Shown: one piece after another, positions 1 through 12,132 of the stretch
How positions within the stretch are numbered: the stretch's first letter is position 1
How the letters are laid out: the number at the start of each line of letters is the position of its first letter
Assembly: GCA_040005975.1 (NCBI GenBank)
Contig: JBDTXW010000001.1
Location: forward strand, 1-32,188
Direction: 5' to 3'
DNA length: 32,188 nt
Source: Betaproteobacteria bacterium
GTDB taxonomy: Bacteria; Pseudomonadota; Gammaproteobacteria; Burkholderiales; Casimicrobiaceae
Notes under the pieces: generated by a model
The model's database searches: none
What the model was told of the DNA's origin: nothing
The model's input: the letters and a program-made list of their open reading frames with translations, nothing else
Program-made: the position numbers and the translations under genes

Positions 1-2
1 TG

Positions 3-1901
3 ATGCGCGAGCGCCTGAATGCGCTGGAGGTCCCGGCGCTGGATACTGCTGCGGGCTGGACCGATGGCGGCATTGCCCTGCCTGGTCGTATCGCGGCGTA
101 TTCGACCGAGGGCGCGGGGCAGGGCGCAACGCCGCGAAGCGATGCGCTGCTCGCCAAGGTCAAGGCGGCGGGACCCGAGCTCAACCGCGTGCTCGGCGAC
201 TGGCTCGCCGGCATGCGCTGCCGTGACGATCTCGCGGCCGCGCTGCGCGATCGCGCGTCGCTGGCCATCGGCGAAGCCTTCGTCACGCCGGCCGGCCACG
301 TGGTGACTGCGCAGTCGATCGGATTCTTCGCGCCGGACAGCGACCTGCACGGCGTGCTGGCACGGCAACGGGAGCTTGCCGAGCTCGAACATGCGATCGG
401 CGCGGCGCGGACTGCAACCGCCGCGGCGGCGAGCGCGCGCGAGGCCGCCGAGAACGAGCTCAAGGCGCGGCAGCAGGAATATCACGGTGAAAGCATGGCA
501 CTGTCGTCGCAGCAGCGGCGATGCCATGACCTCGAGCTGGAATTGCTGCAATTGAGGCAGGCGGCGGAGACTGCCGAACGGAGGCGCACGCAAATCGCCG
601 ACGAGGTCGCGGCGCTCGCCGGTGAGGAACGCTCCGAACACGAGGCGATGGCCGCGATCGATACCGAAGTCGCCGCACAGCGCGCCCGACTCGATGAACA
701 AACTGCCGCACGCGAGCGCGCGCGGCACGCACGGAACGAAGCCGAGGTCGCCCTGGCGCGCGGCCGCGAGCGCTCGCGCGCGGCGGAGCGCGCGGCGCAG
801 GAGGCAGGGTTTGCCGAACGCTCGTGCCGCGAGCGCATCGCCGAGCTCGCCCGGCGGCGCGACGCGATCGCCGCGCAGGTGGCGCAGCAGGAAGCGCTGC
901 TGGGAGAGCTCGCGACCGAACGCCAGCAGATCGACTGGACGCCGGTCGAGCAATCGTTGCAGGCGCAGCTCGTCGTCCGTGGCGGCACCGAGCAGGCGCT
1001 GGCCGCGGCGCGCGACCGGATCGAGGCGATGGCCGCCGAATTGCGCGCGGCGGACGAGTTGCGGCTCACCGCCGATCAGAAGCTCGAGCCGGCGCGGAAC
1101 CGGATGGAGGAGGTTCGGCTCAAGGAGCAGGCGGCTCTGCTGTCCGGGCAGCAGTACGCCGATCAGCTCGCCGAAGCGCACGCCGAGCTTGCCGAGTTGC
1201 CCGATCGGCTGAAGGCCTGGGGCCGCGCCAGCGCGTTGCCCGCCGAGATCGAGCGCCTGACCCAGGCGATCGCCGGACTGGGCGCGGTCAATCTCGCCGC
1301 ACTCGACGAGCTCGCGCAGGCAAGCGAGCGCAAGAGTTACCTCGATGCGCAGTCGCAGGACCTGACCGAGGCGATGGCGACGCTGGAAAGCGCGATCCGC
1401 CAGATCGATCGCGAGTCGCGCGCGCTGCTGCAGCAGACGTTCGACGCCGTCAACGTCAACTTCGGCAAGCTGTTCCCGACGCTGTTCGGCGGCGGCCAGG
1501 CGCGCCTTCTGCTGACCGGCGAGGAAATCCTGGATTCCGGCGTGCAGGTCGTCGCGCAACCGCCGGGCAAGCGCAACACATCGATTCATCTGCTGTCGGG
1601 AGGCGAAAAATCACTGACGGCGATCGCGCTGGTGTTCGCGCTGTTTCAGCTCAATCCGGCGCCTTTCTGCCTGCTCGACGAGGTCGACGCGCCGCTCGAC
1701 GATCCGAACACCGACCGTTTTTGCGCGCTGGTGCGGACGATGGCCGACGTCACCCAGTTCGTTTTCATCAGCCACAACAAGATCACGATGGAGATGGCGA
1801 ACCAGCTGATCGGGATCACGATGGCAGATCCCGGCATCTCGCGCGTTGTTGCTGTCGACATTGCCGAAGCGCTCGAGTTGGCGGAGACGGTGCCGCAGTA
1901 G
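3..1901 (+). CDS. smc: Chromosome segregation protein SMC, C-terminal 632 aa (5' end cut by the window edge)
   Basis: There is a long Ala/Glu/Arg/Gln-rich coiled-coil stretch followed by an ABC-type head. The head carries the signature [18 protein letters not shown] and Walker [13 protein letters not shown]. The frame is open to the window start, and the conserved smc-zipA-ligA order follows. Confidence 0.9.
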   Translation: MRERLNALEVPALDTAAGWTDGGIALPGRIAAYSTEGAGQGATPRSDALLAKVKAAGPELNRVLGDWLAGMRCRDDLAAALRDRASLAIGEAFVTPAGHVVTAQSIGFFAPDSDLHGVLARQRELAELEHAIGAARTATAAAASAREAAENELKARQQEYHGESMALSSQQRRCHDLELELLQLRQAAETAERRRTQIADEVAALAGEERSEHEAMAAIDTEVAAQRARLDEQTAARERARHARNEAEVALARGRERSRAAERAAQEAGFAERSCRERIAELARRRDAIAAQVAQQEALLGELATERQQIDWTPVEQSLQAQLVVRGGTEQALAAARDRIEAMAAELRAADELRLTADQKLEPARNRMEEVRLKEQAALLSGQQYADQLAEAHAELAELPDRLKAWGRASALPAEIERLTQAIAGLGAVNLAALDELAQASERKSYLDAQSQDLTEAMATLESAIRQIDRESRALLQQTFDAVNVNFGKLFPTLFGGGQARLLLTGEEILDSGVQVVAQPPGKRNTSIHLLSGGEKSLTAIALVFALFQLNPAPFCLLDEVDAPLDDPNTDRFCALVRTMADVTQFVFISHNKITMEMANQLIGITMADPGISRVVAVDIAEALELAETVPQ

Positions 1902-1910
1902 GCGCGCGCA

Positions 1911-5082
<3,172 letters not shown>

Positions 5083-5955
5083 ATGGCGTTCGGAAGAATA
5101 ACCAAGGCCGTTTTTCCGGTTGCCGGGCTCGGCAGCCGTTTCCTGCCGGTGACCAAAGCGAGCCCGAAGGAGATGCTGCCGGTGGTCGACAAGCCGCTGA
5201 TCCAGTACGCGGTCGAAGAGGCCGCCGCCGCCGGCATCACCGACATGGTCTTCATCACCGGACGCAACAAGCGCGCGATCGAAGATCATTTCGACAAGGC
5301 CTACGAGCTGGAAACCGAGCTGGCGGCGCGCAACAAGATGGCGTTGCTCGAAACTGTTCAGTCGGCTACCCCGCGCGGCATCAACTGCATCTATATCCGC
5401 CAGACCGAGGCACTCGGACTGGGCCATGCGGTGTTGTGCGCCGAACCGGTGATCGGCGACCAGGCGTTTGCGGTCCTGCTCGCCGATGACCTGATCGACT
5501 CCACGGTGCCGGTGATGCGGCAGATGATCGAAGTCGCCGAGCGCGAGCAATATTCGGTCATCGGCGTCATGCCGGTGCCCGCCGCCGATGTCAGCAGCTA
5601 CGGTATCGTCGAAACCGAAGGCATGGTCAACCGCGTCGGCCGCATTTCGCGCATCGTCGAAAAGCCTGCACTGGGCTCCACAACGTCGACGCTGGGCGTC
5701 GTCGGCCGCTATGTGCTGACGCCGCGCATCTTTCACCATTTACGCACGATGCCGGCCGGCGCCGGAGGCGAGATCCAGCTGACCGACGGGATCGCGCGGC
5801 TGCTCGAAGACGAGAAGGTCCTCGCATTGGAATTCGAAGGCCGCCGCTACGACTGCGGCAACAAGCTCGGCTATCTGGAAGCGACGGTCGAGCTGGCGCT
5901 CAAGCATCCCGAGTTCGGCCTCGCGTTCGCCGAATTCCTCAAGCGCACGCGATGA
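5083..5955 (+). CDS. galU: UTP--glucose-1-phosphate uridylyltransferase GalU (290 aa)
   Basis: The N-terminal motif [35 protein letters not shown] and the later VEKP motif match GalU. The ATG directly abuts the ligA TAG (TAGATG), and a GAAGGA Shine-Dalgarno lies about 9 nt upstream. Confidence 0.93.
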   Translation: MAFGRITKAVFPVAGLGSRFLPVTKASPKEMLPVVDKPLIQYAVEEAAAAGITDMVFITGRNKRAIEDHFDKAYELETELAARNKMALLETVQSATPRGINCIYIRQTEALGLGHAVLCAEPVIGDQAFAVLLADDLIDSTVPVMRQMIEVAEREQYSVIGVMPVPAADVSSYGIVETEGMVNRVGRISRIVEKPALGSTTSTLGVVGRYVLTPRIFHHLRTMPAGAGGEIQLTDGIARLLEDEKVLALEFEGRRYDCGNKLGYLEATVELALKHPEFGLAFAEFLKRTR

Positions 5956-6878
5956 CGTTCAACGAGCTTCGCTACATCGTCGCCGTCGCACAGGAACGCA
6001 ATTTCGGCCGCGCGGCGCAGCATTGCTTCATCAGTCAGCCGGCGCTGTCGGTGGCGATCCAGAAGCTCGAGGAGGAGCTGGGCACGCAGATCTTCGAGCG
6101 CGGCAAGAACGAGGTAACTGTGACGCCGGTCGGCGAGCGCATCGTCGAGCAGGCGCAGAAGGTCCTGGAGGAAGCGGCCCGCATCCGCGACATCGCGCAG
6201 GCGGGACGAAATCAGCTGGTCGGACTGTTCCGTCTCGGCGTGATCTACACGATCGCGCCGTACCTTCTGCCCGACCTCATTCCGGAGTTGAACGAGCGGG
6301 CGCCGGCGATGCCGCTGGAGATCGAGGAGAATCTGACAGAAAACCTGGAGACCTCGCTCCGGGCCGGCCGAATCGACGCCGCGATCATCGCTTTGCCGTT
6401 CAACCCTCCCGGTATCGCCACCGACTTTCTCTATGAGGAACCGTTCCAGGTGGTCGTGCCGGAAAAGCACGCCTGGGCCAAGCGCAAGTCGATCGATCCG
6501 TCCGAGCTCGCCAACGAGCATGCGATCCTGCTCAACGTCGGGCACTGCTTTCGCGACCAGGTGCTCGATTCCTGCCCCGAGCTCAATCGCTCCGGTGCAC
6601 CAGTCACGCGCACCAGCTCGTTGGAGACGATTCGCAACATGGTCGCCTCGGGCCTCGGCGTGTCGGTGCTGCCGCGCGACGCGCTGACGCCGAAGTACCA
6701 CAGCCGGCTGGTCGTGCCCGTGCCGTTCTCGCGGCCGGCGCCGTCGCGGCGCGTCGCGCTGGCGCACCGCAAGAGCTTTCCGCGGCCCGCGGCGATCTCC
6801 GCCATACGCGAAGCCGTCGCGGCCTGCCGCGGCGCGAGCGGCGGCGCGAGCCCGCGGCGAGGGGCCCCGCGCGCATAG
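5952..6878 (+). CDS. oxyR: LysR-family peroxide-sensing regulator OxyR (308 aa)
   Basis: The N-terminal wHTH ([27 protein letters not shown]) is LysR-type. The sequence is collinear with my recollection of E. coli OxyR, including [14 protein letters not shown] with Cys at residues 199 and 208 and [19 protein letters not shown]. Its ATG overlaps the galU stop (ATGA). Confidence 0.8.
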   Translation: MTFNELRYIVAVAQERNFGRAAQHCFISQPALSVAIQKLEEELGTQIFERGKNEVTVTPVGERIVEQAQKVLEEAARIRDIAQAGRNQLVGLFRLGVIYTIAPYLLPDLIPELNERAPAMPLEIEENLTENLETSLRAGRIDAAIIALPFNPPGIATDFLYEEPFQVVVPEKHAWAKRKSIDPSELANEHAILLNVGHCFRDQVLDSCPELNRSGAPVTRTSSLETIRNMVASGLGVSVLPRDALTPKYHSRLVVPVPFSRPAPSRRVALAHRKSFPRPAAISAIREAVAACRGASGGASPRRGAPRA

Positions 6879-6927
6879 CAGCACGGATCGCGTAGTACAA
6901 TCCGCTGCGCTCGACTACGACGGAGCA

Positions 6928-7695
6928 ATGATGGCATCCGATCTAAAGAACAAAGTCGTGCTGGTCACCGGCGCATCGACCGGAATCGGTGCGGCCGCAG
7001 CACGGGCGTTCGCTCAACACGGCAGCAAGGTGGTGGTTCATTACAACGCGAGCAAGGACGCCGCGGAGGGCGTCGCGCGCGATGTCAAATCCGCCGGCGG
7101 CGAAGCGCTGCTGGTCGGCGGTGACGTGACCCAAGGCGCCGACGTCAAGCGCATCGTCGCCGAGGCGCTGGCCGGTTTCGGGCGCATCGATGTCCTGGTC
7201 AACAATGCCGGCGGGCTCGTCCGCCGCACCAAGATCGAAGATTACAGCGACGACTACCTGCACCAGGTGCTGGACCTCAATGTCATCCAGGTGGCGACGT
7301 TCGTACACGAGGTCGTCCCGGCGATGCGCAAGCAGGGAGGGGGCAACATCATCAACGTCAGCTCGATCGCGGCGCGCCACGGCGGCGGCGGCGGCGCGAT
7401 CATTTATGCCGGCGCCAAAGGCTTCATCTCGACGGCGACCAAGGGCTGGGCGAAGGAGCTCGTCGGCGACAAGATCCGGGTCAATGCGGTGTCGCCGGGC
7501 GTCATCACCACGCCTTTCCACGAACGCTACTCGAACGCAGAGCAGCTAAAGGCGATGCAGGCGACGATTCCGATGAATCGGCTGGGTACGGCCGAGGAAT
7601 GTGCCGGGACGTTCATCTATCTCGCGTCCGACGCGATGAGCGGCTACGTCACCGGACAGGTGATCGAAGTCAACGGCGGCCAGTACATGCCGTAG
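6928..7695 (+). CDS. Short-chain dehydrogenase/reductase (SDR) family oxidoreductase (255 aa)
   Basis: It has the Rossmann motif VTGASTGIGAAAA, the NNAG motif (VLVNNAGG) and the catalytic Ser...YAGAKGF (YxxxK). The substrate cannot be determined from the sequence. Confidence 0.85.
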   Translation: MMASDLKNKVVLVTGASTGIGAAAARAFAQHGSKVVVHYNASKDAAEGVARDVKSAGGEALLVGGDVTQGADVKRIVAEALAGFGRIDVLVNNAGGLVRRTKIEDYSDDYLHQVLDLNVIQVATFVHEVVPAMRKQGGGNIINVSSIAARHGGGGGAIIYAGAKGFISTATKGWAKELVGDKIRVNAVSPGVITTPFHERYSNAEQLKAMQATIPMNRLGTAEECAGTFIYLASDAMSGYVTGQVIEVNGGQYMP

Positions 7696-7756
7696 CGCCG
7701 AGACCCAGCATCCGCCGCGGCGAATCCTCTCTTGCCGCCTGGTGGTGCCGCGGCGG

Positions 7757-8461
7757 CTACACGCCGGCGAGCAGCGCGGGAAGATCGGCCAGTGTGCTTA
7801 TTGTGCAATCGGGTCGCGGCCCGTGCCGATCGAGTGGTGCGCCGGCGCGGTTGATCCAGAACACCGTAAACCCGAATGCCTTGGCGCCGATCGCGTCCCA
7901 GGCGTTGGACGAAACAAAGCCGATCCGGATCGGCAGGCACTTCAATTCGTCGACGGCGAGCTGATAGACGCGCGGGCTCGGCTTGTAGACGCCGGCATCG
8001 TCGACAGACAGTATCGCCGCGAGATGGCGTGCGAGCCCGGTTGCCGCAGCGAGCGGCTCGAGCATCGCGCGCGTGCCGTTGGACAGAATCAATCGCGGTC
8101 GCGGCGCCAGAGCCGCCAACGTCGGCTCCACGTCGGGGAATGGCGACAGATCGAGATACGCGTCGAGCAGCCGGTGCCGCGCATGCGAGGACAACGGCAA
8201 CGCGAGCGCTTCGGCCGCGTAGCCGAGCGCGTGGCCGGTGACCGCGGCAAAATCCTCGCGCGGCTGCATTGGGCTCTGCATCAGGCTCTGCAGCCAGCTG
8301 TACTCGAGCTGCTTGCTGCGCCAAAGTCGTGCAAGCGTTGCGCCGCGGCCGGGGAAGAGCGCTTCCGCCGTCGCTGCGACCGACTGCACGTCGAACAGCG
8401 TCCCGTAGGCATCGAAAACCAGTGCGTCGACCGCGTACGGTCGGGCGGAATTTTCAATCAT
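7757..8461 (-). CDS. L-2-haloacid dehalogenase (HAD superfamily, type II) (234 aa)
   Basis: The nucleophile motif is FDAYGTLFDV. The stretches LWRSKQLEYSWLQSLM, ILSNG, VYKPSPRVY and FVSSNAWDAIGAKAFGF are collinear with the classical L-DEX type haloacid dehalogenases as I remember them. Confidence 0.88.
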   Translation of the reverse strand: MIENSARPYAVDALVFDAYGTLFDVQSVAATAEALFPGRGATLARLWRSKQLEYSWLQSLMQSPMQPREDFAAVTGHALGYAAEALALPLSSHARHRLLDAYLDLSPFPDVEPTLAALAPRPRLILSNGTRAMLEPLAAATGLARHLAAILSVDDAGVYKPSPRVYQLAVDELKCLPIRIGFVSSNAWDAIGAKAFGFTVFWINRAGAPLDRHGPRPDCTISTLADLPALLAGV

Positions 8462-8539
8462 CGTCGCGGCTCACGTCCGGATTTCGCGACATGCTATGCA
8501 AAAATTGGGGCGATGTGGCGTGTCATTGAAAAGCCGGCC

Positions 8540-8573
8540 AAAAAAATAGGGGTTACACTTGCGTGCAACCCCT
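8540..8573 (-). terminator. Rho-independent terminator downstream of tRNA-Val
   Basis: On the minus strand a hairpin AGGGGTT/AACCCCT (plus-strand 8548-8554 pairs with 8567-8573, with three further inner pairs around a 4-nt loop) is followed directly by a T-run (plus-strand A-run 8540-8546). It starts 8 nt after the tRNA 3' end. Confidence 0.55.
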
Positions 8574-8581
8574 TGGTTCCA

Positions 8582-8656
8582 TGGTGGGCGATACTGGGAT
8601 CGAACCAGTGACCCCTGCCGTGTGAAGGCAATGCTCTACCGCTGAGCTAACCGCCC
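8582..8656 (-). tRNA. tRNA-Val (anticodon CAC), 75 nt with encoded CCA
   Basis: The reverse complement folds by hand into a cloverleaf. The acceptor stem is GGGCGGT/ATCGCCC (one G-U pair) and the D arm is GCTC-AGCGGTA-GAGC. The anticodon arm is TTGCC-TTCACAC-GGCAG, the variable loop GGGTC and the T arm ACTGG-TTCGATC-CCAGT. The discriminator is A, followed by CCA. Confidence 0.93.
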
Positions 8657-8680
8657 GCGCGAACCCAGACAGGAGCGAGT

Positions 8681-8710
8681 ATTTAAGCACGCGGCCCGAT
8701 CGAGGGTCAA
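8681..8710 (-). promoter_or_regulatory. Candidate sigma70-type promoter for tRNA-Val
   Basis: The minus strand reads TTGACC (8710-8705), an 18-nt spacer, then TTAAAT (8686-8681). It lies about 24 nt upstream of the mature tRNA 5' end. This is a pattern match only. Confidence 0.35.
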
Positions 8711-8816
8711 ACCGGCGATAGTATTTGTCCAAGCGTGTCCTGAACAAAAATGGGGCTAGGATGCGCGTGAATTTCTGCTCCGGGAGTGGCGGGGCGCCGC
8801 CTGTCTTGGATCGAAT

Positions 8817-10316
8817 TTGGCTAAGCTTATAGACGCAAAAGCAAAATTCCCGCTGGCTCAAGTCTTGCAGAAACAGTCGATATCCGCCGATAACCCGCTT
8901 GTGTCCCGTCTCTGTTATGACGAAATGCACGTGGCGGGTGGGGGGGTCCGCCCCCAGTACCGGGCCTTTTCGGACTGGCTGGAGAGCACGCCCGGGGACA
9001 AGATCGCGCGCAAGCGCAAGGAAGCGGAGCGCGCCTTCCATCGCCTCGGCATCACCTTTGCAGTCTACGGCGAAGACGCCGGCACGGAGCGCCTGATCCC
9101 GTTCGACATTGTGCCGCGCATCATCCCTGCCGGCGAATGGCTGACGCTGGAGCAGGGACTCAAACAGCGTGTCAGAGCGCTCAACCTTTTCCTGCACGAC
9201 ATCTATCACGGCCAAAGCATCCTCAAGGCCGGCGTGATTCCTGCCGAGCGCGTGCTTTCCAACGCGCAGTACCGGCGCGAGATGCAGGGGATGGACGTGC
9301 CCGGCGGGATCTACGCGCACGTCGCGGGCGTCGACATCGTGCGGGCCGGCGAGGGCGACTACTACGTGCTCGAGGACAATCTGCGCGTGCCCTCGGGCGT
9401 GTCCTACATGCTCGAGAATCGCAAGATGATGATGCGTCTGTTTCCGGAACTGTTTGCCACGCAGGCGATCAAGCCGGTAGAGCACTATCCCGATCTGCTC
9501 CTCGAGACCTTGCACGCGGTGGCTCCCGCCAGTGAAGATCGCCCCGAGGTCGCGGTGCTGACGCCGGGCGCCTACAACGCGGCATATTTCGAACATGCCT
9601 TTCTGGCGCAGCAGATGGGTGTCGAACTGGTCGAAGGGCAGGACCTGTTCGTGCAGAACGACGCCGTATACATGCGAACCACGCGCGGCGCGCAGCGCGT
9701 GCATGTGCTCTACCGGCGCGTCGACGACGACTATCTCGACCCCCGGGCGTTCCGCGCCGATTCGAGCCTCGGCATCCCGGGGCTCTTTGCCGCCTACCGA
9801 GCCGGCAAGGTGACCCTGGCGAACGCCATCGGCACCGGTGTTGCCGACGACAAGTCGATCTATCCGTACGTGCCCGACATGATCCGCTTTTACCTGACCG
9901 AGGAACCGATATTGAGCAACGTGCCGACCTGGCAGCTGCACCGCGACGAAGATCTCTCCTATTGCCTCGATCACTTGGCGGATCTGGTCGTCAAGGAAGT
10001 GCACGGCGCCGGCGGATACGGCATGCTGGTCGGGCCGGCGGCGAGCGCCGCCGAGCGCGAGGCGTTTCGCGCGCGCATCGTCGCCAGCCCCGCAAAGTAC
10101 ATCGCCCAGCCGACATTGGCCTTGTCGACCTGTCCGACGTTCACCGAGTCGGGGCTCGCCCCGCGGCACATCGACCTGCGGCCGTATGTGCTGTCGGGGC
10201 GCACGGTGAGCCTGGTGCCGGGAGGGCTGACCCGGGTCGCGCTGCGGGAGGGTTCTCTGGTCGTCAACTCCTCGCAGGGGGGCGGCACCAAGGACACCTG
10301 GGTGATGGCGGCCTAG
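8817..10316 (+). CDS. Circularly permuted type-2 ATP-grasp protein (COG2308-like amidoligase); 499 aa from TTG 8817, with alternative starts GTG 8901 (471 aa) and ATG 8925 (463 aa)
   Basis: The characteristic stretches are YDEMH..GGVRPQYRAFSDWL, ERLIPFDIVPRIIPAGEWLTLEQGLKQRVRALNLFLHDIYHGQ, YYVLEDNLRVPSGVSYMLENR and TLANAIGTGVADDKSIYPYVPDMIRFYL. These are what I recognise from this family. It is the first gene of an ATP-grasp/alpha-E/Anbu/transglutaminase operon. Confidence 0.88.
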   Translation: MAKLIDAKAKFPLAQVLQKQSISADNPLVSRLCYDEMHVAGGGVRPQYRAFSDWLESTPGDKIARKRKEAERAFHRLGITFAVYGEDAGTERLIPFDIVPRIIPAGEWLTLEQGLKQRVRALNLFLHDIYHGQSILKAGVIPAERVLSNAQYRREMQGMDVPGGIYAHVAGVDIVRAGEGDYYVLEDNLRVPSGVSYMLENRKMMMRLFPELFATQAIKPVEHYPDLLLETLHAVAPASEDRPEVAVLTPGAYNAAYFEHAFLAQQMGVELVEGQDLFVQNDAVYMRTTRGAQRVHVLYRRVDDDYLDPRAFRADSSLGIPGLFAAYRAGKVTLANAIGTGVADDKSIYPYVPDMIRFYLTEEPILSNVPTWQLHRDEDLSYCLDHLADLVVKEVHGAGGYGMLVGPAASAAEREAFRARIVASPAKYIAQPTLALSTCPTFTESGLAPRHIDLRPYVLSGRTVSLVPGGLTRVALREGSLVVNSSQGGGTKDTWVMAA

Positions 10317-10378
10317 CGCTTTTGCGCCGACGAAGCCCATCCCTCTCCCACGCCCAACCGGAACGAGAAACCCCAGCG

Positions 10379-11335
10379 ATGCTGTGTCGCACCGCAAACG
10401 AGCTGTACTGGATGGCGCGCCATATCGAGCGCGCCGAGAACACCGCGCGGCTGCTCGACGTGACGTACCGGATGTCGCTGTTGCCCTATGACGCGGTCGA
10501 GCCGGGCCTCGCTTGGGCCGAGCCCTGGGCGGTGCCGCTGATCACTTCGGGGCTCGCGACCGAGTTCTACGAGCGTTTTCCGCAGCTTTCGGCCGAGAGC
10601 GTGCTGCGCTACATGATTCTGGACGCCGGCAATCCCTCGTCGATCCTGTGCTGCCTGCGCGCCGCGCGTGAATCGGCGCGGGCGGTCCGGGGCGCGATCA
10701 CGTCCGAGATGTACGAAGACCTCAATTCGGCCTGGCTGGAGATGCGCGGCCAGAACTACGACAACATCCAGGGCAGCGGCGTGTCCGAGTTTCTCGGCTG
10801 GGTCAAGATGCGCTCGCATCTGTTCCGCGGCGTGACCTTTGGCACGATGCTGCGCGACGAAGCCTATCATTTCATCCGCCTCGGCACACACATCGAGCGC
10901 GCCGACAATACCGCCCGCATACTGGACGTCAAGTACCACACGCTGCTGCCATCGGCGGCGGAGGTCGGAGGTGCCGTCGACTACTACCAGTGGGGCGCGC
11001 TGCTGCGCTCGGTATCGGGCTTCGAGTCCTATCGCAAGATCTACAGCGACGTGATCACGCCGCGTCGCGTGGCCGAGCTGCTGATCCTGCGGCAGGACAT
11101 GCCGCGCTCGCTGCATTCGTGCATGAATTTCATCAACGAGACCCTCGCGGTGCTTTGCGACGATGGCTCGACCGAGATCAGGCGCGCCAGCGGCGAGCTG
11201 CACGCCAGGCTGCGCTTCGCGCGCACCGATGACATCATCCGGTTCGGCCTGCACGAGTACCTGATGGAATTCCTCGACCGCATTTCGGAGCTGAGCGACG
11301 AAATCAACAGCCACTTCCTGGTCCCGACGTTTTAG
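10379..11335 (+). CDS. Alpha-E domain protein (COG2307-like), 318 aa
   Basis: The start MLCRTANELYWMARHIERAENTARLLDV is typical of alpha-E proteins, and a second copy of the motif (FIRLGTHIERADNTARILDV) occurs at residue 171. The track ORF (9962-) extends upstream only by overlapping the ATP-grasp gene in another frame. Confidence 0.85.
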   Translation: MLCRTANELYWMARHIERAENTARLLDVTYRMSLLPYDAVEPGLAWAEPWAVPLITSGLATEFYERFPQLSAESVLRYMILDAGNPSSILCCLRAARESARAVRGAITSEMYEDLNSAWLEMRGQNYDNIQGSGVSEFLGWVKMRSHLFRGVTFGTMLRDEAYHFIRLGTHIERADNTARILDVKYHTLLPSAAEVGGAVDYYQWGALLRSVSGFESYRKIYSDVITPRRVAELLILRQDMPRSLHSCMNFINETLAVLCDDGSTEIRRASGELHARLRFARTDDIIRFGLHEYLMEFLDRISELSDEINSHFLVPTF

Positions 11336-11386
11336 CGGCTGCGGATTCCGGTAGAATCGCCACACTCAATCGCGGCCACACCGATC

Positions 11387-12118
11387 ATGACCTATTGCGT
11401 TGCCATGTCGCTCGATGCCGGGATGATCTTCGCGTCCGACTCGCGCACGAACGCCGGCGTCGACCAGATCGGGCGGTTTTCCAAAATGCGCGTCTTCGCG
11501 CGCGACGGCGACCGCGTCGTCGTCACGCTGTCCTCGGGCAATCTCTCGATGACCCAGAGCGCGCTTAACATACTGGAGCAGCGCGCGCGCTCCGGCGACA
11601 GTCAGCTGCAACTGTGGAATGCGCCATCGATGTTCGACATCGCCCGGCTGGTCGGCGACGCCCTGCGCGAGGTCAAGACACGCGACGGACCGTATCTGCT
11701 GCAGAACAATATCGATTCGCACGCGACCTTCATCGTCGGCGGCCAGGTGCGGGGCGAGCCGCCGCGTCTGTTCGAGGTCTACAGCGAGGGGAATTTCATC
11801 GAGGCGACTGCCGACACCTGCTATTTCCAGATCGGCGAGAGCAAGTACGGCAAGCCGGTGATCGACAGGGTCATCACGCGCGCGACATCGTTGCAGGAGG
11901 CGACCAAGTGCACGATCGTGTCATTCGACTCGACGATGCGCTCGAATATCTCGGTCGGCCTGCCGATCGACCTCGCCGTCTACGAGACCGACAGCCTGCG
12001 CGTGACGCTGCAAAAGCGGATCGAGGAATCCGACCCCTATTTCCAGATGATCCACACGCAGTGGGGCGAAGGCCTTCGCCGTGTGTTCGCCGAGCTGCCG
12101 AACCCGGAGTGGTCTTAA
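11387..12118 (+). CDS. Anbu-type proteasome beta-subunit homologue (Ntn-hydrolase peptidase), 243 aa
   Basis: The N-terminus MTYCVAMSLDAGMIFASDSRTNAG places Thr directly after the initiator Met, which is the candidate Ntn nucleophile. Candidate Asp (SDSRT) and Lys (FSKMRVF) positions follow. Its size and its operon context with cpATP-grasp, alpha-E and transglutaminase match Anbu. Confidence 0.85.
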   Translation: MTYCVAMSLDAGMIFASDSRTNAGVDQIGRFSKMRVFARDGDRVVVTLSSGNLSMTQSALNILEQRARSGDSQLQLWNAPSMFDIARLVGDALREVKTRDGPYLLQNNIDSHATFIVGGQVRGEPPRLFEVYSEGNFIEATADTCYFQIGESKYGKPVIDRVITRATSLQEATKCTIVSFDSTMRSNISVGLPIDLAVYETDSLRVTLQKRIEESDPYFQMIHTQWGEGLRRVFAELPNPEWS

Positions 12119-12132
12119 AGGGGCGTGTCCGG

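Noticed and set aside
7712-7756. A 10-bp inverted repeat CCGCCGCGGC / GCCGCGGCGG lies between the convergent SDR and dehalogenase genes and could be a bidirectional terminator.
   Set aside because: It has a 25-nt loop and no flanking T/A runs. The arms are made of the quasi-self-complementary GC motif CCGCGG, which is common in this DNA, so the evidence is too weak to call a terminator.
8666-8806. Imperfect distant inverted repeats (CCAGACAGG ... CCTGTCTTGG) and a small GGCGG/CCGCC hairpin lie in the tRNA/ATP-grasp divergent intergenic region.
   Set aside because: The arms are about 130 nt apart, imperfect and short. The hairpin is only 5 bp. Both are compatible with chance, and there is no supporting context.
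9962-10378. The upstream parts of the track ORFs for the alpha-E gene (9962-10378), the transglutaminase (11614-12132), pyrG (16862-16915), kdsA (18178-18612) and eno (19190-19495) could be N-terminal extensions.
   Set aside because: Each extension overlaps the preceding well-supported gene in another frame and is low-complexity. In each case a start codon sits exactly where the conserved family N-terminus begins.
11336-11386. A TAGAAT hexamer in the alpha-E/Anbu gap could be an internal promoter -10 box.
   Set aside because: There is no acceptable -35 element at 16-18 nt spacing (TTTTAG or GTTTTA at best). On its own the hexamer is not sufficient.
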